A DNA stretch of 64,000 bases from Raja brachyura (GCA_963514005.1 OY740786.1:50096001-50160000), one strand, 5' to 3'; positions 35,027 through 48,783 are shown, numbered from the stretch's first letter. Translations and numbers: made by a program. Notes: a model not told the origin generated them from the sequence alone.

Positions 35027-37734
35027 GCCCCCTGTCTGTCCACATTCATCTCCTTCTCTTCCCCCCCTTCCTCCCACGGTGCCTGCTGCTTTGGTGGCAG
35101 GCATACCATAATGTTTAAATTGCCAGTTAACCACTGACTTATTTTCAAGTGGTCAGTGCAAAGTCTGCCTTCTTTAAAAACTGGTATCGTTGCCAAAAGT
35201 GACTTGCTTCGTAAAAATTGGCATTTGTAAAATTAAACCCTTTCTCTGAGCTACGTGTTACTGTATTGTTCAATATTCTTGCTAATTGTCCTATTAGCAT
35301 TTCAATGCTGCGTGTGCTTCAGCATGGGCCATCCATTAGTTAGATCGCAGCGGAACATAGTATTAAATCGCAAGCGACTGCAGATCTTGAACAAAAAAAC
35401 TGCTGGAGGAATATTAAGTCACATCATTTAGTGAAGCCACCTAACAAAGGGTTGCTCTTTGGAGGCGAATAGTCACTTCCTGACTAACTGCTAACTCTTT
35501 TTAACTTGGCGCAGAGTGCAATGGTTACCCGTTTTCTATTGCACAAATGCATGAGTGAAGAGTCGTGTCAAGAATGTATGATTGTCATGTGTACTCACAA
35601 CAGAACAATGAAATTCTTATTTGTAGCAGCTTAAAGTGTGTAAATACAATACTCATAGATTGTATGAGAACGTATGAGAAACGACTAAATTCAATAACTT
35701 AACCCTAATACTAGTGCAAAAAAGCTCAGGGTGCCCCATCAAATCTTATCAATCGCTTGCTAATCGCATGACTGCGTGCAACTGCTGTCTGATTCGTTGA
35801 TCGTATTGCTATATATGAACTGTTTTGGGAGAGAAAAATGCTCACGGCAGACCAAACGTGTTAAACAGAAATTAGTCAGATACTGAGCTTTGCACAGTGA
35901 GAAATCGTGTGAAATAATCACTGAATTTTATTTTAAATTAATGCACCTGCATGTTATACTGTTTAGTTTGGAGATACAACCAGATAGTCCACTGAGTTCG
36001 CACCGACCAGCGATTTTTGTTTTGCTATTTGACAATTTTATTTGGAGGCCAATCAATCGCTGACTCTAAGGGGGTTGCGTCCAATCACCAACCACCTTGC
36101 CTTAAAATTCCTGTCCAATCAACAAATAGGTCTCCTCCCGTCCAATCAGCCACTGTCTCCAAGGGCATTGTGTCCAATCACATAATGCAGTTTAATGTTA
36201 ATTCGCTGCTATGGTAAAGGTTGGAAGCCAGCGGAGGTACTGACAGTCAAACGGGAGCAGGAGAGATTCAGACAGTGTATAATCCATAGCACCTTAGTGT
36301 ACAATTTCATAATATATACTAAATAACAGGGCTGACAGACCTTGGCTGGGAACCTGGGGTTCACCAAAATTGTTCCCAATTGGGCCCCGCACCCTGCTAA
36401 GGCCGGCCCTGCTTACTGATTGTGGATTAAGGGTGAGAAAATCGACCATCCAATGGCAGATGAGGATGTTGACTTCAAAGTCCAGAAGTTTGTATGGGGT
36501 TATGGTGTAGAAGGCAGAGCTACAGTCAATAAATAGGAATCTGATGTAGGTCCTTGTTATCCAGATGTTTTGGTGAGGAGAGGAGGAAATGGTGTCTACC
36601 ATGAACCTTTTGCAATGGTAGGCAAATTACAGTGGATCAGGGCTGCAGTGGGAGACTGGAGTTAATGTGTGCTATGACCAGCTGCTTGAAGCACTTAATG
36701 TGGTGAATGTTAAAGTTACTCATCTGTAGTCACTAAGGCACACTGACACTGGGATGATAGTGATCTACGTAAAGAAGGTGGGAACCTCAAAATGGATTAA
36801 GGAGATGTTAGAGAGATTATTGTGAATGCTCCTGCACGTTTGTTGGCACAAGTCGTACTGACTAGTGTGGGACTACATGTCAGCCAGTTGATTTCTGCAA
36901 ATACACTCCCAGGGAAGCCAATTTGATATCTTTGATGTTAACAATAGGTTTAGACACTCTGAGGCTGTTGGGCCAAATGGCATGATTCCACAGATCCTCT
37001 GTTCAAATACATTGAGCTCATCAAGGATGGACATATTATTACCAACGATTTTGCAAAACTTCTCTTTGTAACCCATTATAGTGGGCAAGCCGTGCCACAA
37101 TTGGCAGGTGTCCCTGGGGTTATCTAAATTCTAGTAAAAAATATCATCCAGTGTTAAAAGAAAGTGATGTTGAGAATAAAGGGTAGCTTGGAAGGTATAT
37201 GCAAAATGAAAAAAAAGAGAAAAAGTAATATCAAGAGTTAGAATTAAGGGTTATAGATTGGCGAACGCAAGTCATATTAATGTACAACATTTTATATTAT
37301 ACCTTTTTATATAATGCTATTTGTACTGTGTATATTTATATTACTTGTTCACGATATCTGGCTAGATTTTAGTAGACCACTTAGAAGTGTTCTAAGTTGT
37401 TATTCTCTGCGAGTCTTGTTTTTTCTATATCTAGTTGATTTAGGCCACATTCAAAGAACAGCCATGGGAGATGCTACCTACAGCACAGATCATTCATTCA
37501 ACTCATGTCAGAACTGCCTAACCTGTTCAATCTGCTTTGAGCATGCAGATTATTTATATAATGACTGACTTTTTATGAAAACTGATTTTTAAAGTCACAC
37601 ATTGCAATTGTTTATTTTATTGTTCTGGTGCAATATTTGATGCAGAGAAAGTAATTGAGCATTTTAATTGAAATAGATGTTGTTGGATTATTTCTTCCTT
37701 CTACCACATTCTGAGTTCAATTTTACTTTTTCTG

Positions 37735-37965
37735 TAAAGAAACAGCATGGAAACAGGCCCTCTCGCCCACGCAGACCATCGGTCACAAATGCACATTGGT
37801 TCTATGTTATGACATTTTCTTATACATTCCTTACACACCAGGGACAATTTAGAGAAGCAAATTAATTGTTAACCCTGTATGACCTTGGGTTGTGGGAGGA
37901 AACTGGAGCACCCTGAAGCAATCAATCCAATCACATGAAGAACATGCAAACTCCACAGACTGCAA
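37735..37965 (-). mobile_element. tRNA-derived SINE fragment
   Basis: CAGCATGGAAACAGGCCC..GGGAGGAAACTGGAGCACC..TGCAAACTCCACAGAC. Confidence 0.7.
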
Positions 37966-38449
37966 TATTTGATTAAAAGGGAAAGTTAGAAGGGTGTAAA
38001 ATGGGTAACCAAAATGTTGAAACATGTTCTCTGCCTTCTGCATGTTTAATTAAATCTCAGTTTTGTAAGGCAGAAGTTTTATTTTCAGGACTGTTGGCCA
38101 TTTGAGTTTTGGTTGGACATTATCTCAATGCCTAATGTTTATCCCACTAATCACGAATCACAAAGTTCCAGGTACCAGCCACATTAATTCTCGACAGCAC
38201 CCACTCTGTATTTGGCTTCTTACACAGTCTCAGTAAAGAGCATTGCCACCTTTAACATTTGATCCCTCTCACCACAATGATCTGGATCCTGCTAATATTT
38301 CTTATGTTTCTCTGTAAAACAAGCACATTTTTAAATGAGATACATTCCTGTGGTCGAGGTGGGCAGCAGGTCACTTTTCTGGTCACCCTGTATGATGTGT
38401 TTGGCACTGAAAGAATGCATTTCTGCCTTATTGCACTCTGTCAGAAAGA

Positions 38450-39780
38450 GACAATGGACAATAGGTGCACAAGTAGGCCATTCGGCCCTTCGAGCCAGCA
38501 CCGCCATTCATTGTGATCATGTCTGCTCATCCACAATCAGTACCCCATTTCTCCTTTCTTGGCATATCCCCATGACTCCGCTATCTTTAAGAGCTCTATC
38601 TAACTCTCTCTTGAAAGCATCCAGAGAATTGGCCTCCACTGCCTTTGGAGGCAGAGAATTCCACAGATTCACAACCCTCTGTGTGAAAAAGGTTTTCCTC
38701 ATCTCCATTCTAAATGGCTTACCTCTTATTCTTTAACACCTGGCCCCTGGTTCTGGACTCCCCCAACATCGGGAACACGTTTCCTGCATCTAGCATGTCC
38801 AAACCCTTAGTAAACTTATATGTTTCAATAAGATCTCCGCTCATCCTTCTAAATTCCAGAGCATACAAGTCCAGCAGCTCCATTCTATCAACATATGACA
38901 GTCCTGCCATCCTGGGAATTAACCTCATGAACCTACACTGCATTCCCTCAATAGCAAGAATGTCCTTCCTCAAATTTGGAGACCAAAACTGCACACAATA
39001 CTTCAGGTGTGGTCTCACTAGGGCCCTATACAACTGCAGAAGGACTTCTTTGCTCCTATACTCAACTCCTCTTGTCATGAAGGCCAACATGCCATTCACT
39101 TTCTTCACTGCCTACTGTACCTGCATGCTTACTTTCAGTGACTGATGAACAAGGACCCCCAGACCTTGTTGTATTTCCTCTTTTCCCAACTTGACACCAT
39201 TTAGATAATAATCTGCCTTCCTGTTTTTGCGACCAAAGTGGCTATACTCACATTTATCCACATTAAACTGCATCTGCCCACTCACCCAACCTGTCCAAGT
39301 CACCCTGCATCCTCATAACATCCTCATCACAGTTCACACTGCCACCCAGCTTTGTGTCATCTGCAAATTTGCTAATGTTACTTTTAATCCATTCATCTAA
39401 ATCATTAATGTGTATTGTAAATTGCTGTGGTCCCAGCACCGAGCCTTGCTGTACCCCACTAGATACTTCCTGCCATTCTGAAAGGGACTAGTTAATCCCT
39501 ACTCTTTATTTCCTGTCTGCCAACCAATTTTCTATCCATGTCAGTACCCTACCTCCAATACCATGTGCTCCAATTTTGCCCACTAATCTCCTATGTGGGA
39601 CCTTATCAAATGCTTTCTGAAAGTCCCGGTGCACTACATCCACTGGCTCTCCCTTGTCCATTTTCCTAGTTACATCCTAAAAAAATACCAGAAGATTAGT
39701 TAAGCATGATTTCCCCTTTGTAAATCCATGCTGACTCGGACCGATCCTGTTACTGCTGTCCAAATTTGTCGCTATTTCAT
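38450..39780 (-). mobile_element. CR1 LINE, 5'-truncated
   Basis: Collinear with about 1510-2810. YRALVRPHLKYCVQFW, FFTQRVVNLWNSLP. Confidence 0.92.
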
Positions 39781-40294
39781 ATTTTGATATTTCATTTTTT
39801 ATATTTGGTATTTCATTTTTTAACTCTTTTGAGAGAATTTCAATTGCTCATCTAAGTACCTTTCTGCTGCCCACCACTGGTAACTATTGAACAGAAAAAT
39901 AAAAAGTACTTCATAGGTGCTTTAAGCTTTTCTCATTGAATGGTTGTGAATTTAATAGACCAAAACTTCAGGTGCATCATCACTGAAGTCGTCTTAGGAT
40001 TGCTTTGTAAGAACGTTTTTAATTTTTGTTCCAAGTGAGCATAAAAACCTATTCAGCACTGGCTCTTTGTCTTTCTTACGCTTTGATTGATTAATTTCAA
40101 CAAATTAATTTTTCATCCATTATCATTCTCAGTCACAAAATTAACCTGACATAAAAAGCTCACTTTTTCTTCAGAACAAAAAAAAAACAAATAATTGAAA
40201 ATTAAAGGAATTCCACAAGAGATTAACAGAAATGTTGTGGTCTGCACTCAATCACAGGGTTAATACGTTTGGTAAAAGGCAATTTACAAGACAT

Positions 40295-41035
40295 TATGTG
40301 TAGGAAGGAACTGCAGATAGACACGACATTCTGAGTAACTCAGCGGGTCAGGTAGCATCTCTGGAGAAAAGGAATAGGTGAGGTTTCGGGCTGAGACCCT
40401 TCTCCAGACTGAGATTCATGGAAGAAGGAAACTAGGGATATGAAAAGGTACAGAACATATCAGTGCCAGCGCCAATGGCCAAGGAGCTCACACAAGTCCA
40501 CTGTTGGCTGTGGAGGAGGTGATAACGAAGGAATGCAAACAGTGAAACTAGCAGGATGATGAGGGTGGGGAGAGACAGGTAGAGAAGGAATGTAAGGGTT
40601 ACTTGAAATTAGATAAATTAATATACATACAATAATGCTGGGTTGTCAGATACCCAAGCAAACTATCAGGTGCTGTTACTCCAGTTAGCCTGTGGCTTCA
40701 CTCTCACAGTGGAGGAGGCCCAGGACAGATAGGTCAGTATGGGAATGGGAAGGGTAGTTAAAATGTTTGGCAATTGGGAGATCGCGTATGCCAAGGCAGA
40801 CTGAGCGGAGGTGTTCAGCAAAACAATCTCGCCGAAATATATAGAAGTCCACACTGAGAACGATGGACACAATAGATGAGGTTGGAGGAAGTTCAAATGA
40901 ACCTCTGCCTCACTTGAAAGGACTGTCGAGGTCCCTGGATGGAGTCAACAGAGGAGGTATAGGGACAGGAATTGCATCTCCTGCGGAGGATGTACATGGG
41001 GAGGGGTGGTTTGGGTGGGAAGGTATGTGTGAACC
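40295..41035 (-). mobile_element. Penelope-like 3' fragment
   Basis: DCFAEHLRSV..LPIAKHFN..HSHTDLSVLGL, with the terminal repeat at 40300-40410. Confidence 0.8.
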
Positions 41036-41105
41036 CGGAACTAAGGTGCTACTGCACCCGCTGAGTTTCTCCAGCTTTTTGTGTAACCCTCGATTCTCCA
41101 GCATC

Positions 41106-41501
41106 NNNNNNNNNNNNNNNNNNNNNNNNNNNNNNNNNNNNNNNNNNNNNNNNNNNNNNNNNNNNNNNNNNNNNNNNNNNNNNNNNNNNNNNNNNNNNNN
41201 NNNNNNNNNNNNNNNNNNNNNNNNNNNNNNNNNNNNNNNNNNNNNNNNNNNNNNNNNNNNNNNNNNNNNNNNNNNNNNNNNNNNNNNNNNNNNNNNNNNN
41301 NNNNNNNNNNNNNNNNNNNNNNNNNNNNNNNNNNNNNNNNNNNNNNNNNNNNNNNNNNNNNNNNNNNNNNNNNNNNNNNNNNNNNNNNNNNNNNNNNNNN
41401 NNNNNNNNNNNNNNNNNNNNNNNNNNNNNNNNNNNNNNNNNNNNNNNNNNNNNNNNNNNNNNNNNNNNNNNNNNNNNNNNNNNNNNNNNNNNNNNNNNNN
41501 N
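41106..41501. other. Assembly gap (396 N)
   Basis: Run of N. Confidence 1.
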
Positions 41502-41994
41502 ATACCATGTAAAGGGTGGCATGCATATATGTATGGTGAAGGTTATAAATAGCTGGCATGAGTTAATAAGGGTTAATCTACACCACACGAATGATGTGAA
41601 TGGTGATTTTGATTGTTAAAAAAACCCGGCAGTGATTGTTTTTGTAAGCATGTGAATAATAGCTGTAATGGCTGCACAGTCACAGCCCGTGATGAATTGG
41701 GAATTAAGGAATATGGAGTTAGGAAAATGGCATTGAAGTAAAGAAAACAATCATGATCTTAAGAATGCTGAAGCAGGATTGAGGGACCAAATAGCCTGTT
41801 GCTGATCCTATTTCTTATGGCCTGGCTATGATGTGCAAAGAGCACTTTACCTGATGTAATACTGTGGTCACACATCAGTGTGATTAATCCCAGCACTGTC
41901 ATAAATAATATCTTCCATACTCTCAGCAAGTAAGAATACTGATTGGAAATTATTTCCACAAACAGCATTGGTTGGTATTATTTTCTACAAGAAT

Positions 41995-43560
41995 AGACAA
42001 AAATAGTAGCAGGAGCAAAATGATTCCTCAAGCCAGCTTTTATGTTTAATATGATCATCTTCTGTGCCGATTCCCCATATCTCTTGATTCCCTGATCTTT
42101 CAAAAAATAATCTACCTCCATCTGAAATACTTCTAACGATACTCCACAATTTTCTGGATTGGAGAATTCCAGAGATTCACCACCCTCTGAAAAAATAAAT
42201 GTTTACACCCCTCCCCCCATTTTAAATGATAGGCCCCTTATCTTGTAAATCTATCCACTTGTTCAAAATTCTCCTACCAGTGAAAACTTCCCAACATCTA
42301 CCCAATTTGCCGTCTGAGAAACGCATTTGTCTCAATTAGGATGGCCCTCATTCTTTTAAACCTCAAATAATACTGGTGCAGACACAACCTACTTACTCTC
42401 TCTTGATAGGTTAACCTCCTTACCCCAGGAAATATCTGGGCGAACTGATGTTAGACTGCCTCCAATGTTACAATATCATTGTTTACATCAGTTTAGTTTA
42501 GTTTGTTGTTACGTGTTAGCACCCAACAAATGATACAGTGAAAAAATGTGTTGGGTGCTAACCAGTCAGTGGAAAGATAATACATGATTACAATCAAGGT
42601 AGATACTAGTTCAGGACTGCTCTCTGGTTGAATGGTTCAGTTGCCTGATAAAAGCTGGGAAGAAACTGTTCCTGAATCTGGATGTGTGCGTTTTCAAACT
42701 TTACCTTTTGCCCGATGGGAGTGGAGAAGACGGAGTGGTCAGGGTGGAACTTGTCCTTGATTATGCTGCTGCACTTGCCAAGGCAGCGTGAGGTATAAAT
42801 GGAGTCAATGGAAGGGAGGTTGGTTTGAGTGATTGCCTGGGCTGCGTCCTCAATTCTCTGCAATTTTGTGCAGTTTTGGATAGAGCTGTTCCCAAACCAA
42901 TCTGTGATGCATCCCAATAACAATGCCTTCTACCAACACTGTGCACAATTGCTCAAAGTATGGTCACTTCGCCGCCCTGCACAATTGTAACAAAATGTCC
43001 CCATTTCAAAAACGTCAACCCTTTTGCAACTAAGTAATATGTCATGCTACATGCTGCACCCCCCTGCATTTTGATTGTGATTTATGAACAAGATCACTGA
43101 GATCTTTTGAATATCCTCACTCTCTCCATTATATATTAATCCACCTTTAGATTTCTCCTACCGAGGTGCATGAACACAAGCTTTTCCACATTGAATTCCA
43201 TCTGCCAAGTTTTTGCTTAATCACTCAATTACCCATGTCAGAGTCACAGTACCTTAATCACAACTGTCCTTCCAACTATTTTTGGGAACTGGCAAATTTG
43301 GGAAAAATACATTTCACCCTTCCATCCAGGTGTTAACATAAATAGTAAATAATTTATACTTTCTTCTAACCTGATTCATCTCTGCTTTCTATGTGATGGA
43401 CAATTTTCAATTTATGCTAGTACACGTTCTTCAGAACCATAACCTTTTAAATAATGCACCAGCCTTGAATAGTGTACCTTGTTAAATGGCATTGGGAAAT
43501 ATAAATACATTACATTTACAAACTCCTCACAATCAGCTCTTTATCAAATCCTCAAAGATG
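41995..43560 (-). mobile_element. Old degraded CR1 interrupted by a Rex1/Babar-like fragment (about 42490-42945)
   Basis: GAATTCCAGAGATTCACCACCCTCTG and other CR1 remnants. The insert encodes GCITDWFGN..LQRI..LPSIDSIYTSRC. Confidence 0.65.
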
Positions 43561-43689
43561 TACCGTTCATTAAACCATATTGATTTGGTTTGATAATATC
43601 AAACTTTCCAAATGACGATGAAATGTATTTTATGAGGAGTCTTGGAGAAGAATATTTCTTAGTCAGAGTTGTTTGAGGTGGAAATACAG

Positions 43690-45240
43690 AAACATGAAAT
43701 CCAGATGAAAGAAAGCCAGATGAGGTTAGAGGAGGTGTACGTGAACTTCTTGTCTCACTTCGAAGGACTATTGGGGTTCCTGGATGGAGGTGAGGGAGGA
43801 AGTATAAGGACAGGTTTAACATCAGCAATTGCAGGGGAAAGTATCTAAGAAAATCTGGGAAAGTGTCTGAAGAAGCGACCCAACCTGAAACATCACCTAT
43901 CCATTTTCTCAAGAAATGCTGTCTGACCCATTGAGTTACTCCAGCATTTTGTGTCCATCAAAAATATCTGGGGTTGGGATTGGCTTGGTTGGGAGGGGAT
44001 GTGTGAATCAAGTTGTGGAGGGAGCAGTCTCTGCGGAAGGCAGAAAAGGGTAGTGATGGGAAGATGTGACTGATGGTTGGATGATGTTGGAGGTGACAGA
44101 AATGTCGGAGAATAATGTGATGCATGCAGTGACTGGTGGAGTGAAAGATGAGGCCCAGGGGAACCTTATCCTTGTTCCTTGTCCCATCTGGGAGGAGGGG
44201 GAGTAAGAACAGAACTACAGATCACAGAAGAGACACGGGTGAGGGATCCTTCTAAGACAGCGGGGGAGGGGGGGGGGGGGGGGTTGAAAAATGTTGATGA
44301 AGAAAGAAGGCATCTTGGAAAGCTTCATCTTGGAAGCAGAAGTGCCAGAGACAGATAAATTAACAGTAGGGAATAGCATCTCTGCAAGAGGCTGAGTCAG
44401 AGGAGGTGTAGGCCAGATAACTGAGAGTGTTTTTGTCATGGACGTCAGTCAATAGTATGTGCTCTGTGATGGAGGCAGAGAGATCAAAAAAAGGGTCAGG
44501 AATGGTCCAAGTGAATTTGGTCAGGTTGGAAGTTAATGATATAGTTAATGAAATGAACGAGTTCTGTACAGGTGTAGGAAGCAGACGTTGATATAATGGA
44601 GAAAGAGTTGGGGGGTGGTACCATTGTATTTTTGGAACGAGGACTGTTCAGCATAACCAACAAAACAACATGCATATCTGTGACTCATGTGAGTGCTCAT
44701 GGCTACAGTAAATTGAAGAATTTGAGAGGAGTAAAGTTGTTGATGATGAGGATAAGTTCGGCCAGGCAAGGGAGAGAATGATAGTGGAGGGAAATTGATT
44801 GGGTGTCTGTTCAAGGCACCTTGACACCTCCTGCTGGGGATGGAGGTATAAAGGGACTGGACATTCATTATAAAGATGAGGCAATGAAGGGCCTAGAAAT
44901 TGAAAGTTATTGAAGAGTTAAAGTGCATGTGAGGTGTCTTGGATGCAGGTCGGGGGGGGTGGTGTAAGGATGGACTCAAAGTATTTGGAGAGGAGTTCTG
45001 TGGGACAGAAGCAGGCAGAAATAATGGGTCTGGCAGGACAGTCCTGTGTGTGGATTCTGAGAAGGAGATAGAAGCCAGAAATGCAGGGATGGGGAACAAT
45101 AAAGTTGGGTGCTGTGGAGGAGTGATCGCCAGTGGAGATAAGATCAGAAACCGTCTGGGAGACAATGGCATTGAAGAGAATACCAACAAAATGGCATGCA
45201 TATCTGTGGTAGAAGGAGGTAGAAGGAAAACCAAACTGCA
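43690..45240 (-). mobile_element. Degraded Penelope-like element with RT remnant
   Basis: PARPIISACFCPTELLS, MNVQSLYTSIP, VAMSTHMSHRYAC.FVGY. Confidence 0.8.
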
Positions 45241-46415
45241 TCAATTAGATGAATGCAGGCCAAGAAAACAGTGAAATGTTGAGTTTGGATAATTAGCAAC
45301 ATTGATCAGGCTTTGATAATTGGCAAATCATTAAGTTAACAGTCTGTAAGTTAATGCTTCATGGTCTTGGCAAACATGCCAATGAACACACTCTGCATTA
45401 AATGAATTAATTTGCCAATTACTGGAAAGAAAAGTTGAGAGGAATATTTTTGCCAGCAACAATGGTGGAAGCAGAATCCTAAACAGGTTTTGTAAAGGTA
45501 TGTAAATAATTATTTCATAGAGAAAAAAAAAAAGAAAATGTTACAGACGATGGATAAGAGAAGCTATTTCAGGGAGATGGAATGGGTAAATTACTCTTAT
45601 GTTGGAAGCTTGCATAAACTAGCCTATGCAGAATGAAATTGATAGGTTACAAATGGCTTAGTAAACTTGCAATATACAGGAAGCATGCCAGAACTATTCG
45701 GCCATTATCATTTTGAACTTGCATACATCAACATCAAAAGCACATGTTAGATTTACGGAGGCTGCAAGACATCTAAATATAAAATTACAGCCCGGCATTG
45801 CTCTAAACACTTTTTTTAAAATACTGGTATACTCCAATGTTATGCTGCATATATTACTGAACGGGGTAATTGAGGTCAATGTTGTTTTCATTCATGGGTT
45901 CTTTCAAATTCAGACATAATTACGTCACTTCTACCTGCACTTGTCTTCTCGAGTTGGAATATGTTCTTTTCTAACCTGGCGAACAACTTAATAGCTAAAT
46001 CCTGGACTATCTCCTCATTAGGTAACCATGTTCAGTGGCAAAACAGGGCTCTGGTAAGAGCCGTGATTCTGTAAGAAATGTGGCAGAGCAAAAAATTGGT
46101 AAGCTGAGTCTACACTTCCAATGCATGGATCATTATGGAGGAAACTTGCTATAAAAGGTATCCAGATACTTTTAACTCAATTGTAATTTTCTCGATGCGT
46201 CAGAACCTGGCCATTGTAATGAATCAACTATTATCAATGCCTGCATTCATAAAAGGTACAGGGAAAAAGTCAAGATGAGGAGGTTCCAGGAAAAGGAGGA
46301 AGAGCAGGAAGGAGATCTAGGAGAATGTAAGCAGTAATAAACAGTGCTTAAGGCTGACTAAGCTTGATGAGGTTACCGACCAAAGAGTGCTATGTGTAAG
46401 TTAAGCCTGACATCA

Positions 46416-48268
46416 TCATATACTTATTAAAACTCTGTGTGTGTGTGTGTGTGTTATCTCCTCGATAACCCAACACTGAAACTGTGAAGTTTTACATATT
46501 CCTGTAGAATTCTACCTCATGATTTCAAAAATCCCATCAACTGTAAATTTGCTTAATTATTTCCCGAGTTGTTTATTAAACTGTTAACAAATCTAACTTT
46601 TTTTTCAAATCTAACCGCTGGGCAGCTGATTACATCACAATGCCTTTGCTCGTGGCCCACCTGGCTCATGGCCCACCCACCCCACACCCACCCCACACCA
46701 GCTCTGGATTAAAGCCACTGCTGTCAATTGGCAGGTGCAGTGTTTTCCACGAGTTACGTCACCACCGTCCCCCCTCCCCCCGGTCCCCCGACTCAATCAT
46801 TTTTTCACCTCACGCTGTGCTCTCAACTAGCACTTGCCCGGCTGTCCACAGTCCAGCTCTCAGCCCACTAGCCCAGCCCCACCAACAGCCCAGTGGCTCA
46901 ACACTAAGTATGCTCACGCCTCGGTTCTCGCAGTGCCCAGCCACTCCCACAGCCCAACCGCAAAAAAAGAAGTCCACTCGCGTTTTGGCTCGGGTTCTAG
47001 AACATTGCGGCGGCGGCCGGTATCATTGCGTGGGCGCGGGGCAGCGCAATGGGAAGGTGGCTCCAGCGGCCATTACTCCCTCTGGGAGAGGTAGTCTATG
47101 GAGACCTGCAAATCCGCCGCTGATTGCAGGGACATGGGGAATCGTGACGCCTTTTCCTCGCTAGTGATCCCGATCTCAGGGAGGGAGGGAGAGGGGATGG
47201 AGAGGACGGGTGTAGTGGGGGTGGAGAGGGGAGAGGAGAGGGGGGTGGGGATGGAGAGGGCGCTTCCTCTCTGATCCCCCTCCCTCTCTAGGGAATCGCC
47301 CACTTCCCCCGTCTCCCCACCTCGCTCCCCTCCCCCTCCCTCCACATCCTCCTCCCCCCACATCCTCCTCCCCCTCCCTTTGCCCAACTCTCCCCCAGTA
47401 CCATCACCCTACACCCCACCCCTCTCCCCCTCCTCCTCTACCCTCTTCCCTTCCCCCACTCTGCCCCAACCCCCACTCTCCCCCCTCCTTTCTCCCCTCC
47501 ACCCCCTCCTCGCCCCCTCTCCCCCCCCCCCATATGGGTGTGGGTTGGTTAGTGTGTGTGCGTGTAATGCTGTAGGCTCACCCCTCCCAACCATACGTTG
47601 AGGGTACGGTACCTGTGAGGGATAAAGTGATTAAACCCCACTATTGTAAGGATTCAGGAGAAGATTCTAACGTAAACAGGATTCTAACCGATAGAGGCAG
47701 GGAGAAGATGTTGACATAGCTGAGAGTGGGTTTATCAGAACTGTCCTTGGGTGAGGATGGATTGCATAGTGTAGCGTAGAAGGAGGATGATAGATGGGAC
47801 CCTTGTCAGTAGAGACTAGGGATGAAAGGGGCCCTTGTCAGTAGAGACTAGCTTTAGTTCAGATATAAAAAAACTGAGATGGGTCAGTTGGAGGTGAGAA
47901 AACTAGGCCAGGTCAATTGCAACTGGGCATGCTTAATGCAATAAATGAATATTACTGACACGCCCCTGGTCGAGAAATTGCTCACTATCATGAACATGCT
48001 ATGTATGATGTGGGAGGTACTGGGGGATGTACCCATAGACTGTGCACCTCAGTGCTCTGATTGGGGAGAGCCAGAAGGGGAGGTTATGCCAGCAGAATTG
48101 TGTATATAAAGGGGCTTTACTGTTCTGACTTTGGTGTGTCTCAATTTGGGGAGGCACCCGATTCTGCAGATTCGCAAATAAATAAAAATCATTTCTTGTT
48201 TCGATGATTTAGTCTCTGAGCAGTGATTGTGAGCACGAGTTATATCTCACAGTACCCAACTGGTCTAG
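46416..48268 (+). mobile_element. Probable non-autonomous Helitron (contains a solo LTR)
   Basis: Starts A|TCATATACTTATTAAAAC then (TG)n, and ends CTAG|T. Removing the LTR restores the palindrome GGGTAC-G-GTACCC 11 nt before the end. No TSD. Confidence 0.6.
47614..48251 (+). mobile_element. Solo LTR, 638 bp
   Basis: TGTGAG..CTCACA termini, 5-bp TSD GTACC (47609-47613 and 48252-48256), TATATAAA at about 48103 and AATAAA at about 48177-48186. Confidence 0.88.
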
Positions 48269-48737
48269 TCTTTGATAAAAAAATGTTCCACACTCATTAT
48301 TAATGTAAAGGCGCCAAAGTCACGCACATAACCAGTGACAGAACTGCAGCACCGCTAAAGGTAAGTTTTGTAACATACCTACTCATGTTAAATGGTCCAT
48401 GGTGTAACATGTAAGTTATGTTGTTCTAGAATTTTTACTGATTTTTTTCCCAGTAACAACCTGTGATGTAAAAGGCTGGTAAGCTTTCATTGGGGATGTA
48501 TTTGGGATGAAATCTGCATTATTATTTTTACATGTATTTGCCAGGATAATTTGTCCAGCAGTCTGTACCTACAAGGAGCCTGGCAAACTAGGCTGTGAAA
48601 GTGTAAATATGTTTTTGACTGACAACAACAAAAGGCTGTTCCACAGGAGGATGATCATCCATCTTGGTAATGCCTTTGTTTATTCCTGACTATGTTTACG
48701 CATAGTATTTAGGGAGCGCTGCTGTATTTCATTTTGG

Positions 48738-48783
48738 AGTCACGTGAGTGACTTTGTGAAGAACCCGCCAGCACGCATGCGCG
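48738..48783 (+). promoter_or_regulatory. Candidate internal promoter motifs in the DIRS 5' terminus (E-box, NRF1-like)
   Basis: AGTCACGTGAG and CACGCATGCGC. The E-box and the CACGCATGC core are also present in copy 1. Confidence 0.35.

Larger units (their letters stand above)
33754..36411. mobile_element. Non-autonomous hAT DNA transposon, 2,658 bp
   Basis: Perfect 14-bp TIR CAGGGCCGGCCTTA and perfect 8-bp TSD CTTACTGA (33746-33753 and 36412-36419). No transposase ORF. Confidence 0.92.
33200..37110 (-). mobile_element. Degraded Rex1/Babar-like LINE RT fragment, split by the hAT element (33200-33753 and 36412-37110)
   Basis: YIRFLFIDCSSAFYTI..CHWMVDFLT..PQSV on one side continues with PHKDV..LYTHGSVAK on the other. 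Confidence 0.7.

Noticed and set aside
40863-41588. ORFs of 172-229 aa
   Set aside because: They are artefacts of reading through the N gap.
46640-47601. Pro/Gly-rich ORFs
   Set aside because: Low-complexity purine and pyrimidine tracts inside the putative Helitron.
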